Below, one piece after another: positions 35,844 to 44,324 of a stretch of DNA of 53,575 nucleotides. Source of the DNA: a virus (taxonomy: Duplodnaviria; Caudoviricetes); IMG/VR virus record IMGVR_UViG_3300044497_000088, positions 1 through 53,575 of that record; one strand, written 5' to 3'. Position 1 is the stretch's first letter, and each line of letters begins with the position of its first letter. Under the pieces are notes generated by a model. The model saw only the letters and a list, made by a program, of their open reading frames with translations, searched no databases and was not told where the DNA came from. The translations under genes were made by a program, and so were the position numbers.

Positions 35844-37135
35844 CGATGCTCACGCCGGCCTGGGCGCCACTCAGGTACCACCCGGACCAGGCCAGGCTGT
35901 GGAGGTCGACCGTGCGCTTCAAGGCCGTGGTCGCCGGCCGCGGCAGCGGCAAGACCGAGCTCAGTCGCCGCAAGGTGGTCCGGCACCTGCCGCTGGTCAA
36001 GCCGTGGGCGAGTCCGATGTACTTCTACGCGCTCCCGACGCGCGACCAGGCCAAGCGCGTGGCGTGGCCGGTGCTCAAAGCCCTGGTCCCGCCGTCGTGG
36101 CTGGCCCGCAACGGGATCAGCGAGAGCGAGCTCACCATCACGACCGTGTTCGGCAGCACGCTGCACCTCTTGGGCATGGACAAGCCGGCCCGCGCGGAGG
36201 GCGTCCAGTGGGACGGCGGGATAGTGGACGAGTGCTGCGACCAGCGCCCGGGCCTGTTCGACCTCACGCTGCGGCCGGCCCTGTCGCACAAGACAGGGTG
36301 GTGCGACCGCATCGGGGTGCCGAAGAGGGCCGGCCCCGGCGCGCAGGAGTTCAAGGCGTTCTTCGAGCGCGGGCTCAGCGGCTCCGACCCCGAGGTGGAA
36401 TCGTACTCGTGGCCGTCGTCCGACATACTCACGGCGGCGGAGATAGAGTCGGCCAGGAGGCAGCTCGACGAGAAGGACTACAACGAGCAGTACTGCGCCT
36501 CGTGGGAGACTGTCGGCGGGGCCGTGTTCTACGCCTTCAGCGAGGTGCTCAACGTCGACTCGACGCTGGCCTACAGGAAGGACACCCCGCTGCTGGTCGG
36601 CTGCGACTTCAACGTGGACCCGATGGCGTGGGTGTTCTGCCAGGCGGCCGGTCGAGAGCTGCACGTCCTCGACGAGCTGTGGATGCGGAACACGAACACC
36701 GAGGCGGCGCTCGCGGAGGTCAAGCGCCGGTACGGCGACCACCCCGCCGGGCTGTTCTTCTTCGGGGACGCCACGGGGAAGGCGCGGAAGACGGCCGCGT
36801 CGACGAGCGACTACGTCCAGATCAGGAACTTCGTCGGGCTCGGGGCCGACAGGCGGGTGTTCTTCCCGGACGCCAACCCGGCGAGGCACGACCGGTTCGC
36901 CGCGTGCAACGCCATGTTCAAGAACGCGGCTGACGAGAGGAGGTGCCGGGTGCACCCGCGGTGCAGGAACCTCGTCAAGGACCTGCTCACCAGGGCCTAC
37001 GAGCCTGGGACCAGCGAGCCGGACGACCACGGCGACGTGTCGCACGCCAGCGACGCTCTCGGGTACCTGGTCAACTGGCTGTACCCGCTGGCCGTCGCCG
37101 CGTCCGCGACCCCGCCGAACGTGCCGCTCCTGTGA
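35840..37135 (+). CDS. terL: Terminase large subunit
   Basis: AGRGSGKT Walker A, IVDE Walker B, GCDFNVDP and HASDALGY nuclease motifs. Confidence 0.93.
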   Translation: MTMLTPAWAPLRYHPDQARLWRSTVRFKAVVAGRGSGKTELSRRKVVRHLPLVKPWASPMYFYALPTRDQAKRVAWPVLKALVPPSWLARNGISESELTITTVFGSTLHLLGMDKPARAEGVQWDGGIVDECCDQRPGLFDLTLRPALSHKTGWCDRIGVPKRAGPGAQEFKAFFERGLSGSDPEVESYSWPSSDILTAAEIESARRQLDEKDYNEQYCASWETVGGAVFYAFSEVLNVDSTLAYRKDTPLLVGCDFNVDPMAWVFCQAAGRELHVLDELWMRNTNTEAALAEVKRRYGDHPAGLFFFGDATGKARKTAASTSDYVQIRNFVGLGADRRVFFPDANPARHDRFAACNAMFKNAADERRCRVHPRCRNLVKDLLTRAYEPGTSEPDDHGDVSHASDALGYLVNWLYPLAVAASATPPNVPLL

Positions 37136-37150
37136 GGGTACGATACTCTC

Positions 37151-37336
37151 GTGACCCTACCCGACAAGGACAGCCCCGCGTGGCCGATAGTCAGGGTGCT
37201 CGTCGTCGCGACGACGCTCCTGGCCATGCTGTCGCTCACCTACCACTCGGCCCTCGAGCTGAAGGACATGCGGACGCTGATCGCCGTCGGCGGGAGCCAG
37301 GTGTTGATAGAGTTGCTGAAGAGGATGCTAGTCTAA
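37151..37336 (+). CDS. Small two-TM membrane protein
   Basis: Hydrophobic 61-aa ORF. Confidence 0.45.
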   Translation: MTLPDKDSPAWPIVRVLVVATTLLAMLSLTYHSALELKDMRTLIAVGGSQVLIELLKRMLV

Positions 37337-37351
37337 CGAGGGGAGACCGAC

Positions 37352-37588
37352 ATGAAGTTCGTATCTTGGAACCGGGACAAGCTGACGCTGTGCGACGGCG
37401 ACGACAGCAACGACCCGGAGCAGTGCACCGCGTACAAGGTCGACGTCAACCACGAGGTGCTTCGCGACGGCCTGCCGGCGCTATCGACAGACCTGCGGAC
37501 GACCGACGACGTGACCGTGACGATGCGCGACCAGGGGGGCCACGAGGGCCTCGTCGCAAGGGTCGAGGCCACGTCCAACCCGGCGTAG
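37352..37588 (+). CDS. Small hypothetical protein
   Basis: GGGAG RBS. Confidence 0.55.
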   Translation: MKFVSWNRDKLTLCDGDDSNDPEQCTAYKVDVNHEVLRDGLPALSTDLRTTDDVTVTMRDQGGHEGLVARVEATSNPA

Positions 37589-37626
37589 GGCCGGACGGCG
37601 CAGATCAGATTACCCGGAGGGACAGC

Positions 37627-38106
37627 ATGCGCGGCACCGCCCTGCTACTGACGCTGCTCGCGGCCGCGCAGTCGCCCGCCGTCGACGTGACCGTGACCCC
37701 GGCCAGCGTCGCGAGGGTCTCCGGGGCGGGGACCGGCGTCGACACGGTGATAACCAACGGCTTCGCCGGCGCGGCCATAGTCGCCGGGCAGTCAGTGTAC
37801 CGCGACGCCAACGGCGTCTGGCTGCTCACCGACGCCAACCTCAGCGCCGCGGCTGGGGTGGCCAGGGGTATCGCGCTCAACTCCGCGCCGGCGGCCGGGC
37901 AGCCGGTGGCCGTCGCGACCGGGGGGACGATGAACCCCGGCTTCACCGCCACGGTGGGCAAGATATACGTCGCCAGCGCTACGGCCGGTGGCATAGCGCC
38001 GGTCGAGGACCTCGCATCCGGCTGGCGCACCGGCGTGCTGTGCGTCGGGCTCACCTCGACCAGCGTCGGGCTCGTCCTCTACTCCAGCGGAGTCGCTGTT
38101 CCCTAG
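37627..38106 (+). CDS. Capsid cement/decoration-like protein
   Basis: AGAAIVAGQSVY...GIALN..AAGQPVAV...YVAS.TAGGI pattern; GGAGG RBS. Confidence 0.65.
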   Translation: MRGTALLLTLLAAAQSPAVDVTVTPASVARVSGAGTGVDTVITNGFAGAAIVAGQSVYRDANGVWLLTDANLSAAAGVARGIALNSAPAAGQPVAVATGGTMNPGFTATVGKIYVASATAGGIAPVEDLASGWRTGVLCVGLTSTSVGLVLYSSGVAVP

Positions 38107-38116
38107 CGATACGACC

Positions 38117-39073
38117 ATGACCAAGCTCCCCGCGTTGCTGCCATCGCTGACCCCGGGCGGGAGGCCGCTCGCGCTCGCGTTCGACGAGTCCAAGCACCCA
38201 CGCGGGGAGAGGGGGACGAAGAAGGGCGGCAAGTTCGTGAGCAAGGAGGGTGGCGACGAGGTCGAGTCAACGAGCTTAGGTACGGCCCGTGGACTCGGCG
38301 CTAACGCTGGGAATGCGAGACCCGGTACAGCTGCGTTCCATGCCAAGCACGCCAAAGCTGCCGCGTATTACGAGAGGTTGGCGGCAGACGTCCGCTCCGG
38401 CAAGACGAAGCCTAGCCTCAGTACCTTCCACAGGGTTGGCCCGGACGGCAAGACACAGATAGTGAAGCAGACGGTCGAGGACGTCGCGAAGGAGCACGAC
38501 GGTGACGCGGGCTACCACAGGTCGATCGGTCACCCGAAACGCGCCGAGTATGAGAGCGCGTCGGCTGCGGCCAACCATGCGTCCGTGAGCGCGAAGACCA
38601 AGAAGGAGCATGACGCCGCGGCAGAGGCCCATTGGCGAGCGTCGAAGGCCGCCAAGGAGATAGGCGACGTGAGGGAGGTGGAGCGCCACCTCGAGCGGGG
38701 CGACGCCAGTTACCGCGCCGCCAGTGGCGAGAAGTCCAACGCCCTCCTCAGAGACGCCGACGAGCGGGCGGAGAAGCAGACGACTGTGAACCAGACCAAG
38801 GTCACGACTCGCGCACAGAACAAGGAGGCACTGCAGGCTCGCGCCTACGATAAGATGAACGAGCGACGCGCGAAGGAGAACTTGCCGGCGATCGAGAAGC
38901 CCAACGCCCTCCACCGCGACGCCGACGAGCGGGCGGACGGCAAGTTCGGCTACACGTCGGTCGAGGAGGGCAGGAAGCACCTCGACTCGCAGCACGACAA
39001 TGGTGACATAGATACGAAGACCTATATGAAGCGGCTCGCCTATCTCGAGAAGCAGCGCAAGCTGAACAAGTGA
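38117..39073 (+). CDS. Putative internal head (ejected) protein
   Basis: LALAFDESKHPRG..GGKF module; two scaffold-like NALLRDADERA repeats. Confidence 0.6.
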   Translation: MTKLPALLPSLTPGGRPLALAFDESKHPRGERGTKKGGKFVSKEGGDEVESTSLGTARGLGANAGNARPGTAAFHAKHAKAAAYYERLAADVRSGKTKPSLSTFHRVGPDGKTQIVKQTVEDVAKEHDGDAGYHRSIGHPKRAEYESASAAANHASVSAKTKKEHDAAAEAHWRASKAAKEIGDVREVERHLERGDASYRAASGEKSNALLRDADERAEKQTTVNQTKVTTRAQNKEALQARAYDKMNERRAKENLPAIEKPNALHRDADERADGKFGYTSVEEGRKHLDSQHDNGDIDTKTYMKRLAYLEKQRKLNK

Positions 39074-41427
39074 CCGCCACCTCCGTCATCACCGTCGACC
39101 AGGAGGGGCTGCAGGTCGGGTACGTCCGGCAGCTGGCCCCCCGGGACTCGCGCTCGGCCATGCCGGCCGGCGAGGATGGCTCGCGCACGCAGCCGCAGGT
39201 GCACCAGTCCCCGTCCCCGGCCGACGGCGACTTGCCGAAGCCGGCGCAGCTCGGCGACGCGTTCTACCACAAGGCCCGCGAGATACGCCGCGACCCGACC
39301 GTCCGCCTGGTGCGCGAGCTGTCGATGGCCCCGATCCTCACGGCTGAGTGGGAGTTCGAGACGCGGCCCGACGCCCCGCGGGGCGCGCAGGAGCTGGTCC
39401 AGGAGCTCATGACAGAGATGCGGCTTCCGCTCCTGCGGTCGTCCCTCTGCGGCCAGTGCGACTACGGCTGGCAGCCGTACGAGGTGGTGGCCGACCAGCG
39501 GTCGGACGGCGTGTCCGCCCCCAGGCTCAAGCCGCTCCTGCAGGACCTGACGGCCGTCCTGGTCAACGCCGCCGACGGGTCGTTCTTCGGCCTGCGCCAG
39601 GACCCCAGCGTCGGGTTCGGCGCGACGTGGGTCTACCTGCTGTCGCGTGACGATGAGTGCTTCGTCGTGAGCCAGGACGTCGAGGGGACCTGCTGGTACG
39701 GCGAGCCTACGCTCAAGTCGCTCGAGAGGACGTACGACGAGGCGGAGATAATCAACAAGTCCGCGCGCAAGTATGACTCCAAGATCGCCGGCACGCACTG
39801 GGTCATCTACTACCCGCTCGGCGTGTCGACAATGGGCGGCGAGTCGCTCGACAACGGCGAGGTCGCCCGGCGGCTCCTCCAGCGGGCCGAGGCGGTCGGC
39901 GGGATGGTGGTCCCGCGGTCGGTGGTCAACTCGCTCGACACGCTCAATGCGGCCATGGCCTCCAGCGAGGCGTCGCAGTGGAAGATCGAGCTGCTGACCG
40001 ACAGCGGCAAGGGGCAGGCCCCGTTCACCGAGCGCTTGAAGTACCTGGACGTGCTCAAGGTCCGGGCCTTCGGGTTCCCGGAGCGGGCGATCCTCGAGGG
40101 CCAGTTCGGGACCAAGGCGGAGGCCGAGTCGCACGGCGACATAGCGGTGGCCAACCAGGAGGTCAAGCACGCGCTGCTCTGCGGCGCGTACAACCGCAAG
40201 GTGGTAGACCCGATCCTCCGGTGGAACTACGGGCCCGGGACCGAGGGCAGCGTCCGCATCAAGCCGGCCCCGCTGACCGACAAGAAGCGAGGGTTCTTCG
40301 AGCAGCTATACCTCGCGCTGATCGCCAACCCGCAGTCGTTCATGACGGAGATGAGCGCGCTGGACACCGCCCAGATGCGCGACCGCCTCGGCCTGCCGGA
40401 GCTCGAGTACGACCCGATGGCCGTCGACCCGATGCAGGGGATGGTCGACCCGGTGACCGGGATGCTGACGGGACCGCAGGAGCCGTCGCCGGCCGAGCCG
40501 CTCGGGTGGGGGATGGCGTTCGACGAGAGCCAGCATCCCCGCGACCCAGGTGGTGAGGGTGGTGGGCAGTTTGTCGAGAAAGGCGCGAGTTACAGCGGTG
40601 AGTGGGTGATGATAAAGGGGCTGCAAGTACCGACTTCTGGGTATGAGATAGGCGAGGGTGGCTTTCACAGGACGGAGTACGTTCACCCAAGCGCCGGATA
40701 TAAGGTAGTAGTTAGGAAGGAAACGACATACAAGAAGAGCGGCGGACGGTTACGTGATCCAAGTGGCACCAGGAATACAGCACACGTCGAGATTCAGGGT
40801 CCTGATGTATCCAAGCAACGTGAGCATGCGGTCTCGTATGTGGTGCGTGGCGAGAGTTGGGAAGACAAGAAGAAGATGGAAGACAAGCTGGCAAAGTACC
40901 TTAAGAAGAACTTCGGCATAGACGAAAACACTCCGAGAAAAGCGTCAGCTCAACTATCTCTCCGCGGCGACCTCGACCGCGCGGCCGACGGCACTGACGT
41001 CGACCCGACCGACAAGCAGCGAGAGGCCGGGAACTACCGCAAGGGCAAGGTGCGCGTGCACGGGGTGACGGTCGCGATCGAGACACCCAAGGGCGAGCGG
41101 CGCAAGCCTGAGTGGCCAAGGCTGCCAGCCCACTACGGGTACATCCGCCGGACCGAGGGCAGCGACGGCGACCACGTCGACGTGTTCGTCGGCGGACGGC
41201 CGGGGTCCGGCCGCGTGTTCGTCGTGGACCAGGCGGACAAGTCCGGGGAGTTCGACGAGCACAAGGTGATGCTCGGCTTCAAGAGCGAGAAGCGGGCCGT
41301 CAGAGCCTACAGCGACGCGTACGGCGGTCGCGAGCCCGGGGCGGTGACCGAGCTGACGGTCAAGGAGTTCCGGCGGTGGCTCGAGCGCGGGGACACGACC
41401 AAGCCGCTGGCGATGGGGAGGGCGTGA
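39070..41427 (+). CDS. Mu gp29-like portal fused to a cargo module and an inorganic pyrophosphatase-like (InPase) domain
   Basis: YGWQPYE, WYGEPTL, GTKAEAESHGD, LRWNYG portal motifs; GNYRKG...HYGYI...DGDHVDVFVG...FDEHKVMLGF. Confidence 0.85.
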   Translation: MTATSVITVDQEGLQVGYVRQLAPRDSRSAMPAGEDGSRTQPQVHQSPSPADGDLPKPAQLGDAFYHKAREIRRDPTVRLVRELSMAPILTAEWEFETRPDAPRGAQELVQELMTEMRLPLLRSSLCGQCDYGWQPYEVVADQRSDGVSAPRLKPLLQDLTAVLVNAADGSFFGLRQDPSVGFGATWVYLLSRDDECFVVSQDVEGTCWYGEPTLKSLERTYDEAEIINKSARKYDSKIAGTHWVIYYPLGVSTMGGESLDNGEVARRLLQRAEAVGGMVVPRSVVNSLDTLNAAMASSEASQWKIELLTDSGKGQAPFTERLKYLDVLKVRAFGFPERAILEGQFGTKAEAESHGDIAVANQEVKHALLCGAYNRKVVDPILRWNYGPGTEGSVRIKPAPLTDKKRGFFEQLYLALIANPQSFMTEMSALDTAQMRDRLGLPELEYDPMAVDPMQGMVDPVTGMLTGPQEPSPAEPLGWGMAFDESQHPRDPGGEGGGQFVEKGASYSGEWVMIKGLQVPTSGYEIGEGGFHRTEYVHPSAGYKVVVRKETTYKKSGGRLRDPSGTRNTAHVEIQGPDVSKQREHAVSYVVRGESWEDKKKMEDKLAKYLKKNFGIDENTPRKASAQLSLRGDLDRAADGTDVDPTDKQREAGNYRKGKVRVHGVTVAIETPKGERRKPEWPRLPAHYGYIRRTEGSDGDHVDVFVGGRPGSGRVFVVDQADKSGEFDEHKVMLGFKSEKRAVRAYSDAYGGREPGAVTELTVKEFRRWLERGDTTKPLAMGRA

Positions 41428-41945
41428 TGCCGTACAGCGCTAAGACCGACGTCGAGCTCGCCTTCGGGGCCACCAACGTCCGCAAGTGGGCGGACCTCGA
41501 GAACACCGGCCTGGAGGCCAACGTGCTCGCGCGCATCGAGTGGGCCATAGCGAACGCCGACGCAGAGCTCGACGCCAGGCTTGCCGGCTCGCGCTACCAG
41601 TTCCCGCTCGCCGACCCGCCGGCGGAGGGGTCGTATCCCGCCATCCTCGTGCGCATGTCCGCCTACAAGGCCGGGGTGCTGCTGTACGAGTCGCGCGGCG
41701 TGACAGACCGCGGCGAGCGCGGCGAGGCGCAGCACGCGTTGACCTGGCACCGCAAGCAGTTCGAGGAGTTCGTCCGGGACGTGTGGGCAAAGAGGGTCGA
41801 CCTGCTCGGCGTGACGCTGAAGGACGGCGCGGTGGTTGACATAGACGAGGGGCCGACCAACGTGACGTTCGACGACCCGGCCGACGTGGCCTCGCCCGTC
41901 TGGGCCGAGTCGACGGCATTCACGACGGAGGGTCCTTCGTCATGA
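41427..41945 (+). CDS. Mu gp36-like head-tail adaptor (DUF1320)
   Basis: MPYS..TDV..AFG...AIANADAELDARL..RYQFPL. Confidence 0.8.
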   Translation: MPYSAKTDVELAFGATNVRKWADLENTGLEANVLARIEWAIANADAELDARLAGSRYQFPLADPPAEGSYPAILVRMSAYKAGVLLYESRGVTDRGERGEAQHALTWHRKQFEEFVRDVWAKRVDLLGVTLKDGAVVDIDEGPTNVTFDDPADVASPVWAESTAFTTEGPSS

Positions 41946-41960
41946 CTGGAGGATAAAACT

Positions 41961-42314
41961 ATGTTCCAAGACAGTGATCGCGAACTGCTGCAGCACGTCC
42001 ACGAGTTGCTGCACCAGCCGAAGCAACCCAGCTCTGAGCCAGCCGTGCTAGCGTTAGCGCTGCGGCTAGGAGCGCTAGAAGGAAAGGTGAACGCTATGCA
42101 CGAAGAGTTCAAGGCGGGGTTCGAGCGCCTCGAGAAGGCCACCACGGCCGTCGGCGAGCGGCTCGACGAACTGGCCAAGGAGCTGGAGGGCGGCGTCACG
42201 GCGGAGGAGGCCGTGCCGCTCATGGCCCAGCTCACCAGTCTCGGCGACAAGCTCGAGGCTATGGGGAAGAAGCCGGCTGACCCGGACCCAGTGCCCCTGC
42301 CGCCGCCGGTCTAG
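41961..42314 (+). CDS. Coiled-coil hypothetical protein
   Basis: GGAGG RBS; heptad pattern; Pro-rich end. Confidence 0.55.
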   Translation: MFQDSDRELLQHVHELLHQPKQPSSEPAVLALALRLGALEGKVNAMHEEFKAGFERLEKATTAVGERLDELAKELEGGVTAEEAVPLMAQLTSLGDKLEAMGKKPADPDPVPLPPPV

Positions 42315-42338
42315 GCATACTGTCGTCCCTAATCTCGT

Positions 42339-42371
42339 GGGGGCGGCGGTTTCGGCCGCCGCCCCCTTTTT
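42339..42371 (+). terminator. Rho-independent terminator with UUCG loop
   Basis: GGGGGCGGCGGT-TTCG-GCCGCCGCCCCC-TTTTT. Confidence 0.88.
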
Positions 42372-42380
42372 GCGTATATC

Positions 42381-42724
42381 ATGTTGCTGCTGCCGCGACT
42401 GCTGCCGTCACACACGTCAGGCGGGCGACCGCTCGCGCTCGCGTTCGACCCGTCCGAGCCTGCGTACGTGCACGAGGAGAGCGGCGAGGTGACCAAGCGC
42501 GTCTACGCCAAGGCGCTCGAGGCCAAGAACCACGTGGTGCTGGACGGCACGGGCGACAACAGTCTGGAGTCGCTCAAGAAGAAGCTGGACCAGGCGAGGG
42601 CGACCGGCCCTGGGACACGACGGACGGCGGGCTGCCGGTTCACGTCATGTCGGCGACGGGCAAGGAGATGCGGGTGCACGACGGCGAGCGGTGGAGGAAG
42701 TTCCTGAAGAAGGGGGAGCCGTGA
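42381..42724 (+). pseudogene. Internally deleted zeta-toxin-like cargo gene
   Basis: Same leader as 38117; HEES...NHVVLDGTG motif without a P-loop; C-terminal WDT...WRKFLKK in another frame. Confidence 0.6.
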
Positions 42725-42892
42725 CGCACGAGGACAGGACCAGGATACAGGTCGAGGTCATGACCGGGCAAGCCGCCGGAGAAGGGCGAGCCAGCCGAGG
42801 TGCGCGCCTACCGCCTGGAGATGATGGCAGAGCTGCGCGAGGCGAAGGAACGCGGCGACACCTTGGACATGCCAGACACGGAGTGGGATTGA
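42721..42892 (+). pseudogene. Small partner gene with an apparent +1 frameshift
   Basis: Removing one G at 42766-42768 gives ...MTGKPPEKGEPAEVRAYRLEMM...EWD*. Confidence 0.45.
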
Positions 42893-42893
42893 C

Positions 42894-44324
42894 ATGATCG
42901 GCGAAGTCATCCACCAGGCCGTCTTGGCCGACGAGGACCTCGAGCGGGTGACCGTCGCCGGTCTGGGCGCGTCCCAGGCGTGCCTCGCCCGCGTCCGGTC
43001 GGGGTTCGCGCGCGTGCTCGCGTCCCGCGGGGCGTTCAGGTTCTCGGCGAGCGGCGAGTTGCTGAACCACCTGCTGCCGGTCATGACCCGGACGATGGCC
43101 GTCGCCCACCTCATGGGCGAGCGGCGCAGCGGGATCATGGAGGGCGTCGGCCTCGACCGCTTCAGCGAGGTCATGCGCGACGTCCGCGCGGCCGGCCTCG
43201 GCGAGGAGCTGACCAGGCTCCAGCGGGGGTACGCGCACCGGCTGTACGACTCGATGCGGCACCTCGGGGCGAGCGTAGACGCCACGACCCGCGCTACGAT
43301 CGCGTCGCTGATAGCCCAGGGCGAGCCGCCCGGCCGCGGGGTGAAGATACTCATGGCCACGCTCGACAAGCTCGGCGTCGGTGGGCAGTCGCAGAGCAAG
43401 CTCGAGACGATATACCGGACGGAGACGAGCGTCGCGTACCACGCCGGCAGGTGGCAGGCCGACCAGCGCGACCCGACCGTCTGGGGCTACCGGTACGTGA
43501 CGATGCGGGACGACCGCGTCCGGCCGGAGCACGCGGCCCTCGACGGGACGACACTTCCTCGCAACGCTTTGTTCTGGAAGAAATACTGGCCTCCGTGTGC
43601 GTGGAACTGCCGCTGTCAGGTCGTGACGCTACGCAAGAAGGCCAAGGAGCGGCTACCAGCGAAAATTGACGGGAAGGTGCCGCTTCCTGACCCAGGCTTC
43701 AGGAAGAACTTCGGCGAGACGGTCGGGCCTGTGGTCGAGTTCGCGTTCAACCCCGCCCAGCCGAGAGTCCAGAAGGGCACAGTTGGTGGTGGACGGTGGG
43801 TCAAGGAGGAATCGCTCGCGTCGTCCGTATTTGAGAAAGACAGGGAGTCTAAGAAGTGGTTCGTGAGGGTCAGCCAGGCGGAGCGCGACGCCTTGCGTGA
43901 GTGGTTCAGCGGGAACTGGAAGCGACTCCGCGAGACGGATACGGCCGGGAAGAAGAGCAAAACGCTGATCAATCTCGTCTCGGCCTGTGCCTCTGCGCCA
44001 CAGTACTCAGGCCTCGCCTACCGCGGGCTAAGGCTGACTGGACCCGAGGTAGAGAAACTTATCGCCGCTAAGTCCCTGGAGATAGCGGGTGTCTCGTCGT
44101 TTACCACGAGCGAGAAGGCCGGCGCGAAGTTCGCCAAGTTCATGCCTAGGAAGGGTGAGGTGCCAGTACTGCTCAAAGCTATGGTGAAGGACGGTCGCGA
44201 CATTTCCGCAGCCACATATCGCAATGAGAGCGAGATAATAGTGCGCAGGGAGAAGTTCAAAGTCAAGGCGATCAAGGAAGTTATGTTCGGAAAGTTGAAG
44301 GGATATGAGATCGACCTTAGCTAG
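42894..44324 (+). CDS. MuF minor head protein fused to an ADP-ribosyltransferase
   Basis: IYRTE...DDRVRPEH..LDG...PPCAWNCRC (MuF); YRGL, SSFT, ESE (R-S-E ART). Confidence 0.88.
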   Translation: MIGEVIHQAVLADEDLERVTVAGLGASQACLARVRSGFARVLASRGAFRFSASGELLNHLLPVMTRTMAVAHLMGERRSGIMEGVGLDRFSEVMRDVRAAGLGEELTRLQRGYAHRLYDSMRHLGASVDATTRATIASLIAQGEPPGRGVKILMATLDKLGVGGQSQSKLETIYRTETSVAYHAGRWQADQRDPTVWGYRYVTMRDDRVRPEHAALDGTTLPRNALFWKKYWPPCAWNCRCQVVTLRKKAKERLPAKIDGKVPLPDPGFRKNFGETVGPVVEFAFNPAQPRVQKGTVGGGRWVKEESLASSVFEKDRESKKWFVRVSQAERDALREWFSGNWKRLRETDTAGKKSKTLINLVSACASAPQYSGLAYRGLRLTGPEVEKLIAAKSLEIAGVSSFTTSEKAGAKFAKFMPRKGEVPVLLKAMVKDGRDISAATYRNESEIIVRREKFKVKAIKEVMFGKLKGYEIDLS

